IMG/VR virus record: IMGVR_UViG_3300032236_000753
Location: 1 to 58,415 of that record
Reading direction: 5' to 3' (one strand)
Length of the DNA: 58,415 bases
Origin: a virus
Lineage: Duplodnaviria; Caudoviricetes
Shown here in pieces: positions 56,801-58,415 of this stretch. The translations under genes were made by a program, and so were the position numbers. The number at the start of each line of letters is the position of its first letter. The stretch's first letter is position 1. Under the pieces are notes generated by a model that saw only the letters and a list, made by a program, of their open reading frames with translations, was not told the origin of the DNA and did no database searches.

Positions 56801-57273
56801 AGAAGATTGTCAGAGGCACTTCTGTCGCAACGACTAGCGGCACCAGCATCGACTTTACAGGAATCCCATCTTGGGCAAAACGCATCACTGTAATGTTCAA
56901 TGGCGTTGGGACGAATGGGTCGCAATCAGTTATATTTCAAATTGGTAGCGGGTCTGTTACAACTACTGGATATTTGTCTTATGTAGCAACTAGCTCAAAT
57001 AGTGGCTCTGTAGGATTAAACGCAACAAATGGATTTATTACTGGCGGCCAAAATTCATCCAATTTAATTTATGGCACGGTTACTATTTTTTTATATTCTG
57101 GTTTCAATTATGTTTCTACTGTTACCGGGTCAATTAACTCTGCTGGAACATATGGTGGATTTACAGGTGCTGGAACCTTAACTCTATCTGGTGCTATGGA
57201 CCGTGTTCGCATTACAACCGCAAATGGTGTGCCAGTATTTAACGCCGGTTCCATCAACATTCTGTATGAATGA
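53812..57273 (+). CDS. Long tail fibre protein
   Basis: T/S/G-rich; repeats GGTGQTT-x-SA-x-FNALSPIT-x-TGDLIIGNGTNSATRL (3x) and ATxGQTxF-x-x-TYTV-x-Y-x-QVY-x-NG (2x). Confidence 0.85.
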   Translation: MSNITIPGLPAAISLNGTEEYLAVQSGSSVYVTTSQIASYINTNYPAPGVSRVSTSGPITGGPITSTGTIALQTAGVTNAYLATMAAGTVKANVTGGTATPTDATPSSILDLFGSTQGMTLYRGASGWAALAGSGTNTLLSLSGSTSNPAWQTLSYMIDNAINSSSAQGTILYRGASTWSALAPGTSNQFLQTKGSAANPQWSTTVTSVDVSGGTTGLTTSGGPITSTGTITLAGTLAIANGGTGQTTSSAAFNALSPITSTGDLIIGNGTNSATRLAIGPNTYVLASNGTTASWQPASGGGSGTVAAGTAGQLTYYGSTGTTVSGNANATISGGALTLGVAGTTAGSLLFSGSTSGAVTVKSAAAAGTWTMTLPTTAGTNGYVLSTDGTGVTSWIATSGGGGTVTSVNVSGGTTGLTTSGGPVTGSGTITLAGTLAIANGGTGQTTASAGFNALSPITSTGDLIIGNGTNSATRLGIGTNGYVLTSNGTTATWAASTGGVTSFSAGSTGLTPNTATTGAITLAGTLGVANGGTGATTLTGYVKGSGTSALTAASTIPNTDITGLGTMSVQAATSVAITGGTINGTSVGATTPSTGAFTSVSANLSTTGALSAGAYSYGSLSYSDTGIFASYNTSTNSYAQIILANGSAGAAASTDFIVGNNNTTATTYFGDFGMNSSAFSGTGSLSAPNAVFLSSTSSDLVIGTTTSNAIRFVVNSGATDAMTIGTSGAITTGTWNGSAIGIAYGGTGQTTASAAFNALSPITTTGDLIIGNGTNSATRLGIGANSYVLTSNGTTASWAAPTTSSSSYTRTSFTATGGQTTFSVTYTVGYIQVYLNGVLLNASDYTASNGTSVVLAVAASSGDIVETIAMSVTSVAIPGTYTRTTITATAGQTSFTATYTVNYVQVYVNGMLLNPSDYTATSGTAVVLGVAASAGDLIDVVALTVGPVTGGAFITGTPTAGTLTSWTNSTAIQGFAPSATGDVPFSTDGTTFASTQKIVRGTSVATTSGTSIDFTGIPSWAKRITVMFNGVGTNGSQSVIFQIGSGSVTTTGYLSYVATSSNSGSVGLNATNGFITGGQNSSNLIYGTVTIFLYSGFNYVSTVTGSINSAGTYGGFTGAGTLTLSGAMDRVRITTANGVPVFNAGSINILYE

Positions 57274-57283
57274 GGAATGATCA

Positions 57284-57907
57284 ATGAGCATTACTCGCAA
57301 CGGATCAATCATGGTGCAGGGTGCTAGTGCTTCTGGCATTCTGAACTATGCCTATGGCGGTACAAGCGCCAACATCGCACCTACAACCGCTGGCAACGTG
57401 CTATTTACCTCAGACGGAACAAACTGGTCGTCTGCGCCCAATATTGTGCGTGGTACGGCTGTTAACTCTACAAGCGGCACCAGCATTGATTTTACCAGCA
57501 TACCATCGTGGGTGAAGCGCGTCACTGTGATGTTTAATGCCGTGTCTACAAGTGGCACATCTTTGCTGCAAGTACAGCTCGGGTCTGGCAGCGTGACCAC
57601 AACCGGCTACCTTGCTGCAAGCGCATACATAACAACGGCGGCGGCTGCTAATGCTACGGCTACAAGCGGTTTTATTATAAACCAAAATGCTGCCAATTAT
57701 TCTACTCAGGGAAGTGTTATATTTTCTTTATTAAGTAGCAACACTTGGGTAGCTCAGGGAGTTTTGTACCAATCAACGGCAATAGCGTATACTATTTTTA
57801 TGACTGGTTCGATAGCACTTTCTGGTAGTCTTGATAGGGTTCGCCTCACCACGGTGAACGGCACCGACACCTTCGACGCCGGTAGCGTCAACATTCTCTA
57901 CGAATAG
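57284..57907 (+). CDS. Short tail-fibre-like protein paralogous to the fibre C-terminal domain
   Basis: TSGTSIDFTSIPSWVKRVTVMFN...FDAGSVNILYE vs TSGTSIDFTGIPSWAKRITVMFN...FNAGSINILYE. Confidence 0.8.
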   Translation: MSITRNGSIMVQGASASGILNYAYGGTSANIAPTTAGNVLFTSDGTNWSSAPNIVRGTAVNSTSGTSIDFTSIPSWVKRVTVMFNAVSTSGTSLLQVQLGSGSVTTTGYLAASAYITTAAAANATATSGFIINQNAANYSTQGSVIFSLLSSNTWVAQGVLYQSTAIAYTIFMTGSIALSGSLDRVRLTTVNGTDTFDAGSVNILYE

Positions 57908-57916
57908 GAGCTTCAC

Positions 57917-58111
57917 ATGGAACGCATCGAAGTCAACGTCGAGACGGGTGAAGTAACGGTCATCCAATTCACGCCAGAAGAAGAGGCGGCTGCTTTGGCC
58001 TATGCGGCGACTGTGCAGGAGCCTGTCCAGCCGAAGCCGACGCTTGAGCAGCTTCAGGCTCAGTTGGCTGCACTCACTGCGCAAATCCAACAGCTTGCCA
58101 CTGGGGGCTAA
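57917..58111 (+). CDS. Small tail-fibre assembly chaperone-like protein
   Basis: MERIEVNVETGE...T-x-EE...PTLEQLQAQL; AGGAG RBS. Confidence 0.6.
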   Translation: MERIEVNVETGEVTVIQFTPEEEAAALAYAATVQEPVQPKPTLEQLQAQLAALTAQIQQLATGG

Positions 58112-58116
58112 TCAGC

Positions 58117-58415
58117 ATGACTATCCCGCGCAATCTATCCATACTGGCCGAGTCTGCGGGAGCGGCGAATACTCCCGTGCTGAACCTGCCCAACGTGGGC
58201 GAGGTTGCGACTATCTCGGCTACGGCTGCGACGGGAACGATCAACTACGACATGGGAACACAGGGCGTTCTCTATTACACCACCAACGCTTCGGCGAACT
58301 GGACCGTGAACTTCCGCTGGAGCAGCACGGTTTCCGCCAATACGGCAATGTCCACAGGGCAGTCGGTGACGGTAGCGTTTTTGGTTACGCAGGGTAGCAC
58401 TGCGTATTATAATAA
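58117..58415 (+). CDS. 5' part of the 152-aa protein that continues at position 124 across the circular join
   Basis: MTIPRNLSILAESAG...EVATISATAATGTINYD...YYTTNASANWTVNFRW; in frame with 14..283. Confidence 0.85.
   Translation, partial: MTIPRNLSILAESAGAANTPVLNLPNVGEVATISATAATGTINYDMGTQGVLYYTTNASANWTVNFRWSSTVSANTAMSTGQSVTVAFLVTQGSTAYYN
58293..58415. repeat. Terminal direct repeat, copy 2
   Basis: Identical to 1-123. Confidence 0.97.

Noticed and set aside
56740-57907. Diversity-generating retroelement TR/VR pair
   Set aside because: No reverse transcriptase in the genome; both copies are coding and differ at all base types, not only adenines.

Overview
The window is a complete, circularly assembled ~58.3-kb tailed-phage genome. 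Bases 1-123 are identical to 58293-58415, and one CDS runs across that join. The layout is podovirus-like: terminase, portal, GroES, scaffold-like protein, major capsid, adaptor/P22-gp10-like proteins, very large DNA-ejection proteins and several tail fibres. It also carries a holin-like/endolysin/Rz-Rz1 lysis cassette, an ERF/YqaJ/SSB/RusA recombination set and an SF2 helicase plus Zn-ribbon/Toprim primase. No DNA polymerase, RNA polymerase, integrase, tRNA, reverse transcriptase or CRISPR array was recognised. A GcrA homologue points to an alphaproteobacterial host. The most notable observations are: (1) a shared x-[A/K]-x-G-G motif, seen more than 25 times in seven head/ejection proteins and often next to a short 'KALxI' helix, which is a candidate cleavage/capsid-loading signal in a genome with no recognisable prohead protease; (2) an ejection protein whose first 498 residues have no Asp but 14 scattered Cys, encoded directly after two paralogous GNAT-like genes; (3) a compositionally distinct ~3.5-kb early region bounded by IHF-like sites on one side and a (GACC)n array on the other, possibly first-injected DNA; (4) GcrA and DnaA-domain-IV mimics together with CtrA-like and GANTC motifs; (5) a tandem array of short paralogous genes joined by a repeated RBS/start cassette. 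All family assignments come from motif recognition by eye, not database searches.
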